A stretch of DNA of 64,000 nucleotides, from assembly GCA_963826785.1 (NCBI GenBank), contig CAWGYD010000008.1:384001-448000 (forward strand), written 5' to 3'. The notes under the pieces were generated by a model. It was not told where the DNA came from. It was given only the letters and a program-made list of their open reading frames with translations, and did no database searches. The first letter of the stretch is position 1, and every line of letters begins with the position of its first letter. Shown one piece after another: positions 33,664 through 47,528 of the stretch. The translations under genes were made by a program, and so were the position numbers. Origin of the DNA: an uncultured delta proteobacterium. GTDB lineage: Bacteria > Desulfobacterota > Desulfobacteria > Desulfobacterales > Desulfosalsimonadaceae.

Positions 33664-34281
33664 TTATTTTGATTCCTTTATCTTTTTGGCATGGACGATG
33701 TCTTCGCGTTCATCTTCTTCCAGCCGGTCTTCGATAAAGGCGATGGTATTTTTGTAGCGGGGCATGATGGTCGACTCCAGGGCATTGACCTGGCGCTGGA
33801 CTTTGCGGAGTTCCACGGCCAGGCGCCACACGGAGATGAAAACCTCCGAAGCCCTTGCCAGAAAAGACAGCACGTCCATCCATTTCTCCCGGGCCTCATC
33901 CAGGGATGCGCTGGTTTCCGTCATCCCGTACGGCGGATCGATGGCCTCGATCTCCATCTGCAGGATGGGGATCTTGAGCCCCATGATGGTATGCGTCTTC
34001 ATATTCAAATCCAGCCGGGCCGTGGGGGACAGGCTGATCCAGTCGATCCGGTCGCTTCCCATGCGCATGCGGGCCAGCAGCAGGGCCTCATGCGCCTTTC
34101 TAAAAAGGTCCAGGCTTTCCTTCTCCAGCGCCATGGCTCTGTCCAGCCGGCTCATGAGTTCCTGGACCATCACTTCCCGCTTGCGGTCGAGCAGATCGTG
34201 ACGGGTGCCGATCCCCTTGAGCTGATCCTTGAGCAGGAGCAGGTTTCCCCGGGTGGGATTGACGTTTAACATCTCGGCCAT
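33664..34281 (-). CDS. ntpD: V/A-type ATP synthase subunit D
   Basis: NPTRGNLLLLK, HDLLDRKR, QRQVNALE, LEEDERE. Confidence 0.93.
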   Translation of the reverse strand: MAEMLNVNPTRGNLLLLKDQLKGIGTRHDLLDRKREVMVQELMSRLDRAMALEKESLDLFRKAHEALLLARMRMGSDRIDWISLSPTARLDLNMKTHTIMGLKIPILQMEIEAIDPPYGMTETSASLDEAREKWMDVLSFLARASEVFISVWRLAVELRKVQRQVNALESTIMPRYKNTIAFIEDRLEEDEREDIVHAKKIKESK

Positions 34282-34282
34282 T

Positions 34283-35686
34283 TTATGCTTCCGATGAATT
34301 CTCTCTGCCGGTCAGATGGGCACTGATCTGCGATTTGTTCACCCGGGTCAGCTCCGCCTCGGGCAGCAGGGTCAGCAGTTCCCATCCCAGATCGAGTGTT
34401 TCCGTCATTTCCCGGCTCTCCATGTGCCCCTGGGCGATAAACCGGTTCTCGAATGCCTCCCCGAACCGCAGAAACCGCCGGTCACGCTCGGACAGGTCCT
34501 CCTCCCCGATGATCTGGGCGAGGTTGCGCACGTTCTGGACCTCGGTATAGGATGCGTACAGCTGATTGGACAGATCCTGGTGGTCCTCCCGGGTTTCTTC
34601 CCCGCCGATGCCGTCTTTCATCAGGCGGGAGAGGCTCGGCAGCACGTCGATGGGCGGATAGACCCCCTTGCGGTTGAGCTCCCGGCTCAAAACGATCTGC
34701 CCCTCGGTGATATATCCGGTCAAATCCGGAATCGGATGGGTGATGTCGTCGTTGGGCATGCTCAGAATCGGCATGATGGTGATCGATCCCTCGCTGTTTT
34801 CAACCCGGCCGCAGCGTTCGTAGATCTGGGCCAGATCGCTGTAGAGATAGCCGGGGAATCCTTTCCGGGTGGGGACTTCGTCCCGCCGGTTGGAAATCTC
34901 CCTCAACGCTTCACCGTAATTGGTCATGTCCGTGAGGATCACCAGGATGTGCATGTCATGCTCGAATGCCAGGAACTCGGCCAGGCTCAGCGCCACCCGG
35001 GGGGTGATGATCCGCTCCACTGCCGGGTCGTCGGCGAGATTGAGGAAAAGGGCTGCCTGGTTGATCATCCCGCTTTCCTCCAGGGTGCGCCGGAACGCGC
35101 GGGCGGTGCCGTGGGATACGCCCATGGCCGCAAATATAATGGAAAACTGTTCATCTTCCCCGGAGATCCGGGCCTGGCGGGCAATCTGCCCGGCCATGGC
35201 ATCATGGGGAAGCCCGTTTCCGGAAAAGATGGGAAGCTTCTGGCCCCGCACCAGTGTATTCATTCCGTCTATGGCCGAAATGCCGGTGACGATATGGCTC
35301 CTGGGGTAATTGCGGGATGACGGGTTGATGGGCGCCCCGTTGATATCGACCCGCTTTTCGGCAATGGGCGGCGGCAGATCGTCAATGGGCCGGCCCATGC
35401 CGTCAAACACCCGCCCGAGCATTTCCCGGGCCACCGGCGATATCATGGGATGGCCGCGAAAACGGATGCGCAGGCTGGCGGGGTTGAGCCCGAAGCTTTC
35501 CGTGAACAGCTGGATCACCGCCCGGTGTTCACCGACTTCCAGAACCTGGCCGAGGCGCATGGAACCGTCCGGCGCGACGACTTCGGCCAGTTCCCGGTAT
35601 TGGGCATTTCCCGCCCCTTCGATGACCAGGATCGGCCCTTCCAGGCGGTCGGCCCCGGCGTATTCCTGCATCAGCAATCGGTTCAT
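34283..35686 (-). CDS. ntpB: V/A-type ATP synthase subunit B
   Basis: [54 protein letters not shown]. Confidence 0.95.
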   Translation of the reverse strand: MNRLLMQEYAGADRLEGPILVIEGAGNAQYRELAEVVAPDGSMRLGQVLEVGEHRAVIQLFTESFGLNPASLRIRFRGHPMISPVAREMLGRVFDGMGRPIDDLPPPIAEKRVDINGAPINPSSRNYPRSHIVTGISAIDGMNTLVRGQKLPIFSGNGLPHDAMAGQIARQARISGEDEQFSIIFAAMGVSHGTARAFRRTLEESGMINQAALFLNLADDPAVERIITPRVALSLAEFLAFEHDMHILVILTDMTNYGEALREISNRRDEVPTRKGFPGYLYSDLAQIYERCGRVENSEGSITIMPILSMPNDDITHPIPDLTGYITEGQIVLSRELNRKGVYPPIDVLPSLSRLMKDGIGGEETREDHQDLSNQLYASYTEVQNVRNLAQIIGEEDLSERDRRFLRFGEAFENRFIAQGHMESREMTETLDLGWELLTLLPEAELTRVNKSQISAHLTGRENSSEA

Positions 35687-37500
35687 GTCGAGGCCTCTGC
35701 TTCTGCGGCGTCCGACGGTTCGTCGGCCCCTCTTTTCTGTTGCGGATCCAGATCGTCAAGTCTTTTGATGACCGCCTCCCGGTGCTGATCGAGCCCATCG
35801 AGATCATCGTTTGCAATTTCGCCCCGCAGCCGGATGAGGGTGGCCGGATCATAGGTTTTCTTGATCTCTTCAATGGGCACATTTGCGCCGAGCAGATTTC
35901 GTCCGCGTTCATGGATATCTAAAAACAGGCGGAGCATTTTGACCTGCTTTTCGGGCTTGGCATAGGCATCCACCGGATTTAAGGCGTTTTGCTGCAAAAA
36001 TCCCTCCCGGAGGAGCCGGGCTGCGGCCAATACCCACTGCTGGTGGTCGGACAGGGCATCGGGTCCCACCAGCTGGACCAGCTGCTGAAGGTTGGCCTCC
36101 TCGTGCAGAATCTCCATGGCCGTATGGCGAAGGTCCTTCCAGTCGGCGGCCGCCTCTTTTTCCCACCACCGGGCGATGGGGTCGGACTGGAGGCTGTAGC
36201 TGGTCATCCAGCCCACCGCCGGATAGTGCCGCTGATGGGCCAGATCCCGGTCCAGCGCCCACCAGCACTGGGTGAAGCGCTGGGTGTGCCGGGTCACCGG
36301 TTCGGAAAAATCGCCTCCGGGGGGAGATACCGCCCCCACGATGGTCACCGAACCCTCCCGGCCGCCCAGCGTGGTGACCCGGCCGGCACGCTCATAGAAG
36401 GCGGACAGCCGTGCTGAAAGATAGGCGGGATACCCCTCTTCCACCGGCATTTCACCGAGCCGGCCGGAAATTTCCCGCAGCGCCTGGGCCCATCGGGAGG
36501 TCGAGTCCGCCATGAGGGCCACGTCATACCCCTGGTCCCGATAATACTCCGCCATGGTAATTCCCGTGTAGATGCTCGAATCCCGTGCGGATACCGGCAT
36601 ATTGGAGGTGTTGGCGATCATGATGGTCCGCTCCATCAGGGAATGTCCGGTCCAGGGATCGGTCAGTGCCGGAAATTCCTCCAGGGCTTCTGTCATTTCA
36701 TTGCCCCGTTCCCCGCACCCGATATAGACGATGATGTTGGCGTTCGACCACTGGGCCAGGGCATGCTGGATGACCGTTTTTCCCGTGCCGAACCCCCCGG
36801 GGACGGCGGCCGTCCCGCCCTTGGCCACCGGGAAAAAGGTGTCGATGACGCGCTGACCGGTGATCAGCGGCACATCCGCCTCCAGCCGATGTTGAATCGG
36901 GCGGGGCGTGCGCACGTGCCATTGCTGGGCCAGGGTAAGGGGTTGCGATTTTCCTTCGCGGTCCCGGATGAGCGCAATGCGGTCAGTAATAATGTATTCA
37001 CCTTCATCGGCGAGTTCGATGAGTTCCCCGCTCAGACCGGGGGGAACCATGATCCGATGTTCGATGAGCGGCGTTTCCTGGACCACCCCCAGGGTATCCC
37101 CGGCGGAAATATGCGCGCCCTTTTCGGTTCGCGGCTCAAATTTCCATTCCTTCTCATGATCCAGAGGTTTTACATGAACCCCCCGGCGGATGAATGTGCC
37201 GGAGCGCTCCTTGAGCAGTTCCAGGGGCCGCTGAATGCCGTCGAATACACTGCCCAGCAGCCCGGGGCCGAGGGTGACGGAAAAGGGGCGGCCGCTGCGA
37301 AAGACCGGCATGCCCGCACGCAGACCGGTGGTGTCCTCGTATACCTGGATGGTGGCCGTACCCGATGCCAGGGCGATGACCTCGGCGGTGAGCCGGTCCT
37401 CCCCGATCCAGACCTGCTCGGAGATGGTGAGTTCACCTTCCAGCCGGGCATGCACGATAAATTCACTGATCCAGGTCAGGTAGCCGATTGCATCACTCAT
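35683..37500 (-). CDS. ntpA: V/A-type ATP synthase catalytic subunit A
   Basis: P-loop [44 protein letters not shown]. Confidence 0.95.
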   Translation of the reverse strand: MSDAIGYLTWISEFIVHARLEGELTISEQVWIGEDRLTAEVIALASGTATIQVYEDTTGLRAGMPVFRSGRPFSVTLGPGLLGSVFDGIQRPLELLKERSGTFIRRGVHVKPLDHEKEWKFEPRTEKGAHISAGDTLGVVQETPLIEHRIMVPPGLSGELIELADEGEYIITDRIALIRDREGKSQPLTLAQQWHVRTPRPIQHRLEADVPLITGQRVIDTFFPVAKGGTAAVPGGFGTGKTVIQHALAQWSNANIIVYIGCGERGNEMTEALEEFPALTDPWTGHSLMERTIMIANTSNMPVSARDSSIYTGITMAEYYRDQGYDVALMADSTSRWAQALREISGRLGEMPVEEGYPAYLSARLSAFYERAGRVTTLGGREGSVTIVGAVSPPGGDFSEPVTRHTQRFTQCWWALDRDLAHQRHYPAVGWMTSYSLQSDPIARWWEKEAAADWKDLRHTAMEILHEEANLQQLVQLVGPDALSDHQQWVLAAARLLREGFLQQNALNPVDAYAKPEKQVKMLRLFLDIHERGRNLLGANVPIEEIKKTYDPATLIRLRGEIANDDLDGLDQHREAVIKRLDDLDPQQKRGADEPSDAAEAEAST

Positions 37501-38134
37501 GATCCACCAGTTGTTGAAATACCCGGTTCCGGATTTCCTCTCTTGCCGATTCCAGGCGGCCGGCAAACGTCAGGTCGATCCGGCGCCTGCCATCGATGTC
37601 CGTGACGATCAGGCCGCCGTCTGTCTCTTCGGGCTTGTCCGCGCGTTTAAAAACGACATCGCCCCCGGATAATCCGGATGCTTCATCCGCCCACGCCGCC
37701 AGGTGCTCCCCGGTGAGCAGCCTGTGGCCCTTTTGATCCGATGACAGCACCCGGGTGCCGTTTCCGATGGCAGATATCGCCGCAATTGCCAGGTGTTTTA
37801 AAATCCGGGTATATTCATCCTCGCTTTGGGTCAGCTGCTGAAGCTTCACCCGGGCCTGGTCCCACACCGTGTTCAACAGCGACTCCCTTGCCTTCAGGTA
37901 CTGGCTTTTTTCCTCGATCGTTCTTTTCATGCGGCGGTGAAGGCGGATTTCACGGGCGCGTTTACGCGCGTCGGACAGGATTTCTCCACGGACCTTATCG
38001 GCCCGGCTTTTGGCCTGATCCGCAATGTGGGCGGCATTCTGCTTCGCCTGGGTTTCGATGTCATGAATTTCGCTGCTGGACACGTGCCGGATCGCTGTGG
38101 TCAGTTCATCCGGATCGCCGATGACGTTTGGCAT
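37493..38134 (-). CDS. ntpE: V/A-type ATP synthase subunit E (peripheral stalk)
   Basis: N-terminal coiled coil; GGLIV...IDLTFAGRL C-terminal motif; operon position. Confidence 0.85.
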   Translation of the reverse strand: MPNVIGDPDELTTAIRHVSSSEIHDIETQAKQNAAHIADQAKSRADKVRGEILSDARKRAREIRLHRRMKRTIEEKSQYLKARESLLNTVWDQARVKLQQLTQSEDEYTRILKHLAIAAISAIGNGTRVLSSDQKGHRLLTGEHLAAWADEASGLSGGDVVFKRADKPEETDGGLIVTDIDGRRRIDLTFAGRLESAREEIRNRVFQQLVDHE

Positions 38135-38142
38135 TTTACCTC

Positions 38143-38445
38143 CTACACGCTGATGCCGATGGCCCGGCGGACCATTTCAGCCATCGACTGTTCCGGGGGC
38201 TTGAGATCTTTGCCGGGAATTTCGATGATGATGGGGGAAAGGCGTTTCATTTTAAGCCGGTCCACCTGTTGGCGCATCTGCTCCGCCATTTTCCGGGTGA
38301 TGAGCAGAAGCTGGATCCGATCGTCTGAAAGCGCCTGATCCAGGGCATCGAGCGCCTCCTCCCGGCTTTCCGCCGTTTTTCCTGAAACACCCACCAGCTG
38401 CATGCCCAGAACCGTCTCCCGGTCCCCGATCACGTGTACGGTCAT
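38143..38445 (-). CDS. ntpF: V/A-type ATP synthase subunit F
   Basis: VIGDRETVLGMQLVG, IIEIP, VRRAIG. Confidence 0.92.
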   Translation of the reverse strand: MTVHVIGDRETVLGMQLVGVSGKTAESREEALDALDQALSDDRIQLLLITRKMAEQMRQQVDRLKMKRLSPIIIEIPGKDLKPPEQSMAEMVRRAIGISV

Positions 38446-38500
38446 GAAGCACGCCCCCGCCGCAAGGGATCATGGTTTTTACATCCGATGGATGCCATCA

Positions 38501-41936
<3,436 letters not shown>

Positions 41937-41938
41937 GA

Positions 41939-42871
41939 TCAGAGCGCCTCCCGATTGCTTTCGGCAAAAATCCGGTGGGGATGGACGGCCTTCTCCCGGA
42001 GGGTGCGAAACAGCGCATCCATCTCCTTTTCGGGGATGGCGGCGTCAAATATCACCATTTCACCGGTCCGGCCATACCGATCCAGAATCCGGGCTGTTTT
42101 CAGTGCCGCTTGCGCCTGGTGGTCCGCCTCGACCAGATGATCGGCCCAGTCTTTTGCCAGGCGCTGCCGGTTCCGGGAAATACTTTCCAGATTTTCCCGA
42201 AGGACTGCGATCCGGTGCTCGAGATCCTGGCGTTCACGGCCGGCCGCGGGTTCCCATGGGTCCAGTTCAAGCGCTTCATAAAACAGGGACTGAAGGATCC
42301 GCGTGAGGACAAAAACATCTTTTTGAAGGGCGGATGCGGCGATAAACCATTTTCCGCCGGACTCGAAGATCGGCATGATGACAAGCGGGGTTGAAACGGC
42401 GGCCAGATGGATCCTGTCCTTCTGGTCCGACGGAATCCATCCGCATTCCAGATGAATGTAGGATAGGTGCTGCATCTGCCGGAACGAAATTCCCACCTGC
42501 TGCAACCGCTCCCAGTTTTTAGAAAGGATGCGCAGCCGCTCTAGCTGCGCATTCACCTCATTTTTCCGTTCCTCCAGGGCCTGAAGTTTTTCCTCGATTT
42601 CCTCCAGGAGTCTTTGACCGTCATCGACGGCCTTTTCGATATTGATGCCCGGCAGCGGCTTTTTTTCCACGGCATCCGAGATATGCAGGGCTTGTTTCAG
42701 CCTGTGCAGCCGATGGGTGTTGTCCAGTAAACGCTCGACCAGATCGTGCCATTTGCCGGCCCCCCTTTCTTGCCCCGGTTCAAAGCGCAGATCTTCAAAC
42801 CGGGCCAGGGCCGCCGCCACCGGCTCCAGATCGGCTTCATGGATGGCCATGCTGACTTTCGTGCGGTTCAT
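41939..42871 (-). CDS. Free-standing homologue of the subunit I/a N-terminal soluble domain, no membrane domain
   Basis: Aligns by eye with subunit I NT: ALARFEDL vs ALGRFESF, WHDL vs WSDL, ALHI vs ALQI, YIHLECGWIP vs YMHWVVGTMP, PLVIMP vs PFVVMP; ATGA overlap with subunit C. Confidence 0.75.
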   Translation of the reverse strand: MNRTKVSMAIHEADLEPVAAALARFEDLRFEPGQERGAGKWHDLVERLLDNTHRLHRLKQALHISDAVEKKPLPGINIEKAVDDGQRLLEEIEEKLQALEERKNEVNAQLERLRILSKNWERLQQVGISFRQMQHLSYIHLECGWIPSDQKDRIHLAAVSTPLVIMPIFESGGKWFIAASALQKDVFVLTRILQSLFYEALELDPWEPAAGRERQDLEHRIAVLRENLESISRNRQRLAKDWADHLVEADHQAQAALKTARILDRYGRTGEMVIFDAAIPEKEMDALFRTLREKAVHPHRIFAESNREAL

Positions 42872-43938
42872 GCATACCCCCGTTTTCCGATCAGGCACGG
42901 GCGGATCCGATCGGTCGGCCATCCGTAGGCGACGCCCTCCAGGGTGGTAATCAGATCTTCCACTTCCGATTCGACGAGCACCAGGTACGCCAGTATGGTC
43001 CCGAAGTGCAGGGGATAATGCATCAGTGTTTCAAGGGCCAGTCCATGCAGGTACCGGCGAAAAATGACTTCAAGATCGACCAGGGCATCCCGGGTACGCT
43101 GGTCCTGCAGCCGGTCCATATCGGGCAGACGGCCGTCCCAGATGGCGCTGATGATTTCGACCAGGGAACCGCCCGACGCCGCCCCCTGGATAAGCGCCGC
43201 ATTCACGCGGCCTCCGGTGGGCAGGGAATAGCCGAGAATGGTTTCGGGTTCCAGGTGAAAGAAAATCCGGTAGCGATATGCCCACAGGATATTGCGGCTG
43301 TCGATGATCGTGCCGACAATCCGCTGCGCATCCCTTCCGTCCCTGCCCGCAAGACGGTTGAGCAGATCCTGCAGCCGGCGGTAATAGGCCAGGTACAAGG
43401 CCACTTCCAGTATAAAAACATTGTCCCGGCGGATATATTCATTATAAGCGTTCTCCAGGGCACGGGCATAGAAGCGGCCGAAAAACGACATCTTGATTCG
43501 GCCGATGGCGTCATGCACGGAACTGGCGTTGCTCAGGACATGCCAGTCGAACTGGGTCCCGGCCCGCAGCGGAACCAGAAAAGACCGGATCCGGGCGGCC
43601 GGAATGCGGTTATGGAGGCCGCGCAGCAAAATGACCAGGTTGCTGATCTCAAACGGCCGCCAGAGCCAGTCGACCATATCGCTCACCGCGCCCTGCAGAA
43701 AGGGGATCGGCAACCGGAAACGGTCCGAAAGGAAACGGCGCAGCCGTTTTTCAATCTCCTCGATGTTTTGAGGCTGATCGGCAAACAGTTCTCCATAAGC
43801 GGTGCCGGCGGCTGCGGAAAGAAAGCCCTGGGTATCCGATGCGGTTATAAGGACCTCCCAGTCCGCATCTGAAAGCATGCGGCCGATGGCTGCCCGCACG
43901 GCGGCATGCGGGGCGGCATATGTGAACATGTCCATCAT
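42868..43938 (-). CDS. ntpC: V/A-type ATP synthase subunit C/d (AC39 family)
   Basis: Y...HAAVRAAIGRML, EISNL, IDSRNILWAYR, ILAYL..VESEVEDL; 356 aa. Confidence 0.88.
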   Translation of the reverse strand: MMDMFTYAAPHAAVRAAIGRMLSDADWEVLITASDTQGFLSAAAGTAYGELFADQPQNIEEIEKRLRRFLSDRFRLPIPFLQGAVSDMVDWLWRPFEISNLVILLRGLHNRIPAARIRSFLVPLRAGTQFDWHVLSNASSVHDAIGRIKMSFFGRFYARALENAYNEYIRRDNVFILEVALYLAYYRRLQDLLNRLAGRDGRDAQRIVGTIIDSRNILWAYRYRIFFHLEPETILGYSLPTGGRVNAALIQGAASGGSLVEIISAIWDGRLPDMDRLQDQRTRDALVDLEVIFRRYLHGLALETLMHYPLHFGTILAYLVLVESEVEDLITTLEGVAYGWPTDRIRPCLIGKRGYA

Positions 43939-43952
43939 GGTCGCATCATGGT

Positions 43953-44282
43953 TTACTCCGTTTTTGCGGTGACCCAGTCCACCAGGAAATCGACCGCCCG
44001 GTTCATGTTGTCCCGGGCGTGCCGGCGCAGCACCTGGATATCCGGGGATTCATCGGATGCCCCCGTGGCCTGTTCGGCCTCGGATGCTTCGACCAGGGCG
44101 TCGGCTTCGGATTGCGCCTCCTTTCGGGCCCTGTTCACCATTTCTTCCGCCCGGTTCCTTGCCGCCTCTATGGTCGATTCCGCCTCTCTTCGGGCGTTTT
44201 CCACATTCTGGCGGGCATTTCTGTCCGCATCGAATAATTGCCGGATGATGTTCTGATGTTCTGAAACGTTTTTTCCGGGCAT
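43953..44282 (-). CDS. V/A-type ATP synthase subunit G/H (peripheral stalk)
   Basis: IRQLFDADRNARQNVENARREAE coiled coil; N..RAVDFL C-terminus; first gene of the operon. Confidence 0.8.
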   Translation of the reverse strand: MPGKNVSEHQNIIRQLFDADRNARQNVENARREAESTIEAARNRAEEMVNRARKEAQSEADALVEASEAEQATGASDESPDIQVLRRHARDNMNRAVDFLVDWVTAKTE

Positions 44283-44365
44283 ACGATTTTTCCTGTACTT
44301 AAAAACACGATCAGGTTGTACCGAAATGATGAAACGATTGGACCTGAAGGACCGTTGTGATCAGG

Positions 44366-45055
44366 TTAGAAGGGGATTTCGACAAACATTTTGCATTCAC
44401 CGGAATCTCCCATGCTGCTTTCGAAAAAAAGATGCCGGCCGATTTCAAGTTCACCGATAATGTATTTCCCCGACAGGTCCGAACCGATCTTCCAGTTGAT
44501 CCGATCCGGAATCAATTCCTGCACGATCGGGCTCCGGGTGACCGCCTCTTTGACTCTGAACATGAAGCCGCCATTGAACTCGACATTTTCCTTGACCGCC
44601 CACTGGGAATCTTCCCTGATATTGACCCCGCCTTTGAGCTTCAATCTCTTCACATAATCATCCATCCGGTGCTCGACATCATGAAACATTTCCCGAAGCC
44701 CGGCAAACACATCGAATTCCTTCATGGCAAGTTCGATCATCTCGAGTTTATGGGGCCGCTCCCTGTCCGGTCCGCTGCAATAATCGGCAGGCCATTTGAT
44801 CCGATCTTCCTCCCTCCGGCAGGAAAGCGCCATGGGGTCGATGTCCGCCCGGTCAAACACGAATTTGAGTTCCCGACCAAACAGCGGATGCACGTTTAGC
44901 GTCAGACGGTTGCCCGATTCGGAAACCGCAAAACGAGGACCTGTAAAAGCGTCGCCTGCCGCACCTGCAGCCCCGATGAAGAAAAGCAGGTATACGGCTG
45001 TCATTACAATGAGTCGAACCGACAGGGGGATGATCTGATCCAGCGTCTGCGGCAT
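44366..45055 (-). CDS. Hypothetical exported protein
   Basis: N-terminal hydrophobic/signal segment; GGAG RBS-like; beta-rich C-terminus ending in Phe. Confidence 0.55.
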   Translation of the reverse strand: MPQTLDQIIPLSVRLIVMTAVYLLFFIGAAGAAGDAFTGPRFAVSESGNRLTLNVHPLFGRELKFVFDRADIDPMALSCRREEDRIKWPADYCSGPDRERPHKLEMIELAMKEFDVFAGLREMFHDVEHRMDDYVKRLKLKGGVNIREDSQWAVKENVEFNGGFMFRVKEAVTRSPIVQELIPDRINWKIGSDLSGKYIIGELEIGRHLFFESSMGDSGECKMFVEIPF

Positions 45056-45505
45056 TCAGGTAGTTGCTCCCCGTTGAATATGGTTTTAACGACATCCGCA
45101 ATTTCAAAAAATCATAGGTATGCAAAGCAAGGGCGTCAACAGGTCCGCTGCACATCAGGCAATCCATAACTTACCTGTTTTATATTCATTATTCTCGACA
45201 TCAGGTTCTGAGCAGCTCACAATAGAGCCTTGTTTTTCCGAAAATACATGATGCCACTCATGAACAACTTGAGCCTGTAAATATCAGCCGGGTGAACCCG
45301 CTTCTTGCACGAATTCCCCGTCCGCAGATTGAAACGTTGAGCATATCTGCCATCAAAAAACCGGGTTCGCCGGTTATCGTGCGATTCAGACCTTTTCTTG
45401 GTCGATTAAATTCAAATGCTTATATTAATATATGACAGAATCCATCGGGATAAGCACTCACATGTAAACCCGGAAACGCTTTAAAACCGGGAAGGGAGAG
45501 GCCGA

Positions 45506-45715
45506 ATGCAAAAACCAAAAGGAACGGATTTTAAATGCAGACGCAGCAACTGCTGGATCACGAACGCGGCCTGTCGCAAGCGGCAGCGGATCGCTAAACG
45601 GCAGCAGGAAACGCCTGCAGCTATATCCAGAATCTATTCCATTGCTTCTCTCGAGGATTGCCTCAATTGCCAGCAGGCACAAGAATCCGGAATCATGCCG
45701 TTTCCAGTCACCTGA
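45506..45715 (+). CDS. Small Cys-rich hypothetical protein
   Basis: GGGAGAGG RBS; C-x4-C-x6-C...C-x2-C pattern. Confidence 0.45.
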   Translation: MQKPKGTDFKCRRSNCWITNAACRKRQRIAKRQQETPAAISRIYSIASLEDCLNCQQAQESGIMPFPVT

Positions 45716-45900
45716 CGTTCACCCCGGTCAATTCCGAAAGCATCGCCCCCCTGGACAAGACCGCAGCAGGTCGGGACTGCCGGTCTTGACCCGGGAACGA
45801 ATTGGATACATACATTAATAAAATCAAAAACTTATCCCGAACATTTCCATCGGCGACCGGTCACGGAGACCGCCTTTTTAAAAAAAATGCGGAAAAAAAG

Positions 45901-45942
45901 TTGACATCCCGGGAAGAACTCTTTATTGTTCACACTATGAAC
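45901..45942 (+). promoter_or_regulatory. Sigma-70 promoter with overlapping MarR-type operator
   Basis: TTGACA(45901)-17 bp-TATTGT(45924); palindrome GTTCA-N5-TGAAC at 45928-45942. Confidence 0.7.
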
Positions 45943-46422
45943 GAAAAAAAACTATCTGCTTTCCGCACAAACCCGCCGGCGGCTTTTCAGGTGACCCGGC
46001 TCAAGGAACTGGTGACGGATATGGTCAAATGCTGCGAAGATCGCAGGATCTATGAGCATTCCCGCTTCGGCCTCCCCTATGGGGAATTGCGCTGCCTGAT
46101 GCTGTTTGACGGCGAGCATTACCTGACCGTCAAAACCCTTGCGAAAAAAATGGATGTGGCCAAGAGCCGGGTGACCCAGGTGGTGGACCAGCTGTCCGGA
46201 AAAGGGTACCTGACCAAACTCGACGACCCTGCGGACGCCCGGGTGAAGCTCATCGGCCTTACCGCCGCCGGCCGGGAAAAAGTGCGCCAGGTGGATGATT
46301 TCTACAAGGAAATTCATCGGGAAATTTTAAAGCAGATCAGCGAAGAAGATCGAAAAATGCTGCTGTCGTACATGGAAATGCTTCACGGGGCCATGGAAAC
46401 GGTCCGGGAAAAGCTGGTGTAA
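45937..46422 (+). CDS. MarR-family transcriptional regulator
   Basis: LTVKTLAKKMDVAKSRVTQVVDQL..KGY...DPADARVKLIGLTAAG winged helix. Confidence 0.9.
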   Translation: MNEKKLSAFRTNPPAAFQVTRLKELVTDMVKCCEDRRIYEHSRFGLPYGELRCLMLFDGEHYLTVKTLAKKMDVAKSRVTQVVDQLSGKGYLTKLDDPADARVKLIGLTAAGREKVRQVDDFYKEIHREILKQISEEDRKMLLSYMEMLHGAMETVREKLV

Positions 46423-46457
46423 ACCCGGGCAGACCTGAGATTTTTTTTGTCCTAATA

Positions 46458-46472
46458 GTTAATAGTATTAAC
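46458..46472. promoter_or_regulatory. Second operator GTTAA-N5-TTAAC
   Basis: Perfect palindrome of the same geometry as the marR site, 30 bp upstream of the dsrE-like gene. Confidence 0.6.
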
Positions 46473-46501
46473 AAAAACCAGAAACACAGGATGGAGACAT
46501 T

Positions 46502-47071
46502 ATGGAACCGACGACAACCGTCACCCTCGAATCCCTGCATGAGCAGATCGAAGCCCTGGAGGGACAGGTCCGGACCCTGGCCGGGTCCGGGCCGGAAAAC
46601 AAAATGTCCATGATCGTATTTTCCGGCGATCTGGACAAGCTCATCGCCGCTTTTGTCATCGCCACGGGGGCCGTGGCCATGGGAATGGATGTGGTGATGT
46701 TCTTCACCTTCTGGGGAACCCCCGCCCTGCGCAGTGAATCCGGGAATGCCGGCAGGAAAGACCTGATGGGCAAGATGTTCGGAGCGGCCCTGCCCCGGGG
46801 AGCGGACCGGGCCAGGCTTTCCAAGATGAACATGGGCGGCATGGGAACGGCCATGATGAAATCGCTGATGAAAAAGAAAAATGTGGCATCGCTTCCCGAG
46901 ATGATCCAGATGGCGGCCGAACTCGGCGTGCGCGTCTATGTGTGTGAAATGTCCATGGACCTGATGGGCTTTACCCATGAGGAAATGATAAAATACCCGG
47001 ACCTGACCTACTGCGGCGTGGCCAAATTCCTGGAGGAAGCCGCCGGCAGCAAAATACAGCTGTTTATCTGA
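46502..47071 (+). CDS. DsrE2/DsrE-like sulfurtransferase family protein
   Basis: FSGDLDK, FFTFWG, LSKMNMGGMG, VCEMSMDLMG, GVAKFL, C-terminal LFI. Confidence 0.88.
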   Translation: MEPTTTVTLESLHEQIEALEGQVRTLAGSGPENKMSMIVFSGDLDKLIAAFVIATGAVAMGMDVVMFFTFWGTPALRSESGNAGRKDLMGKMFGAALPRGADRARLSKMNMGGMGTAMMKSLMKKKNVASLPEMIQMAAELGVRVYVCEMSMDLMGFTHEEMIKYPDLTYCGVAKFLEEAAGSKIQLFI

Positions 47072-47105
47072 TGAGCCGTAAACAATTTCTTCCTGACTGA
47101 AACAA

Positions 47106-47237
47106 GATGAAGCCGTAAAAAGTCGGATTTTACGCTGTCGTCATTCCGGCGGAGGCCGGAATCTACTACAAACTAAGCTGGTTATAGACTCCGGTTTTCA
47201 CCGGAGTGACGAACTTTGGACTTTTTACGGGTTCATC
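47106..47237. mobile_element. MITE-like element with nested REP-like palindromes
   Basis: 19-bp terminal inverted repeats (18/19 match) flanked by AAACAA direct repeats; internal GTCATTCCGGC...GCCGGAATC and GACTCCGG...CCGGAGTGAC hairpins. Confidence 0.8.
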
Positions 47238-47278
47238 AAACAAGCCTAACCCAAAAAACGAACAAAGGAGATTCGATA

Positions 47279-47515
47279 ATGTCTGAAGCCATCGCAAAAT
47301 CCGTCGATCTTAAAGGGCTGCCCTGCCCTATGCCCGTGGTGAAAATGAGCAAGGCCATAAAGGAAGTTCAAATCGGGGAAGTGATCGAGTGTGAAACATC
47401 CGATCCCGGCGCCCGGGCCGATTTTCCCGCATGGGCCAGGACCAGCGGAAACGAAATCCTCAAATCCGAACAGGACGGCAAGATCACCCGATTTCAGATT
47501 AAAAGGCTCAAGTAA
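47279..47515 (+). CDS. tusA: TusA-family sulfur carrier protein
   Basis: DLKGLPCPMPVV and SDPGARADFPAW; AAAGGAG RBS. Confidence 0.92.
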   Translation: MSEAIAKSVDLKGLPCPMPVVKMSKAIKEVQIGEVIECETSDPGARADFPAWARTSGNEILKSEQDGKITRFQIKRLK

Positions 47516-47528
47516 CGGGGAGTTTGAA

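Noticed and set aside
41939..42871. Frameshift fragment of subunit I
   Set aside because: The downstream gene has its own complete N-terminus (MFTPVPM) and the two are paralogous rather than consecutive parts
45288..45373. Imperfect inverted repeat CCGGGTGAACCCG / CGGGTTCGCCGG
   Set aside because: Short, imperfect and without supporting promoter or repeat evidence
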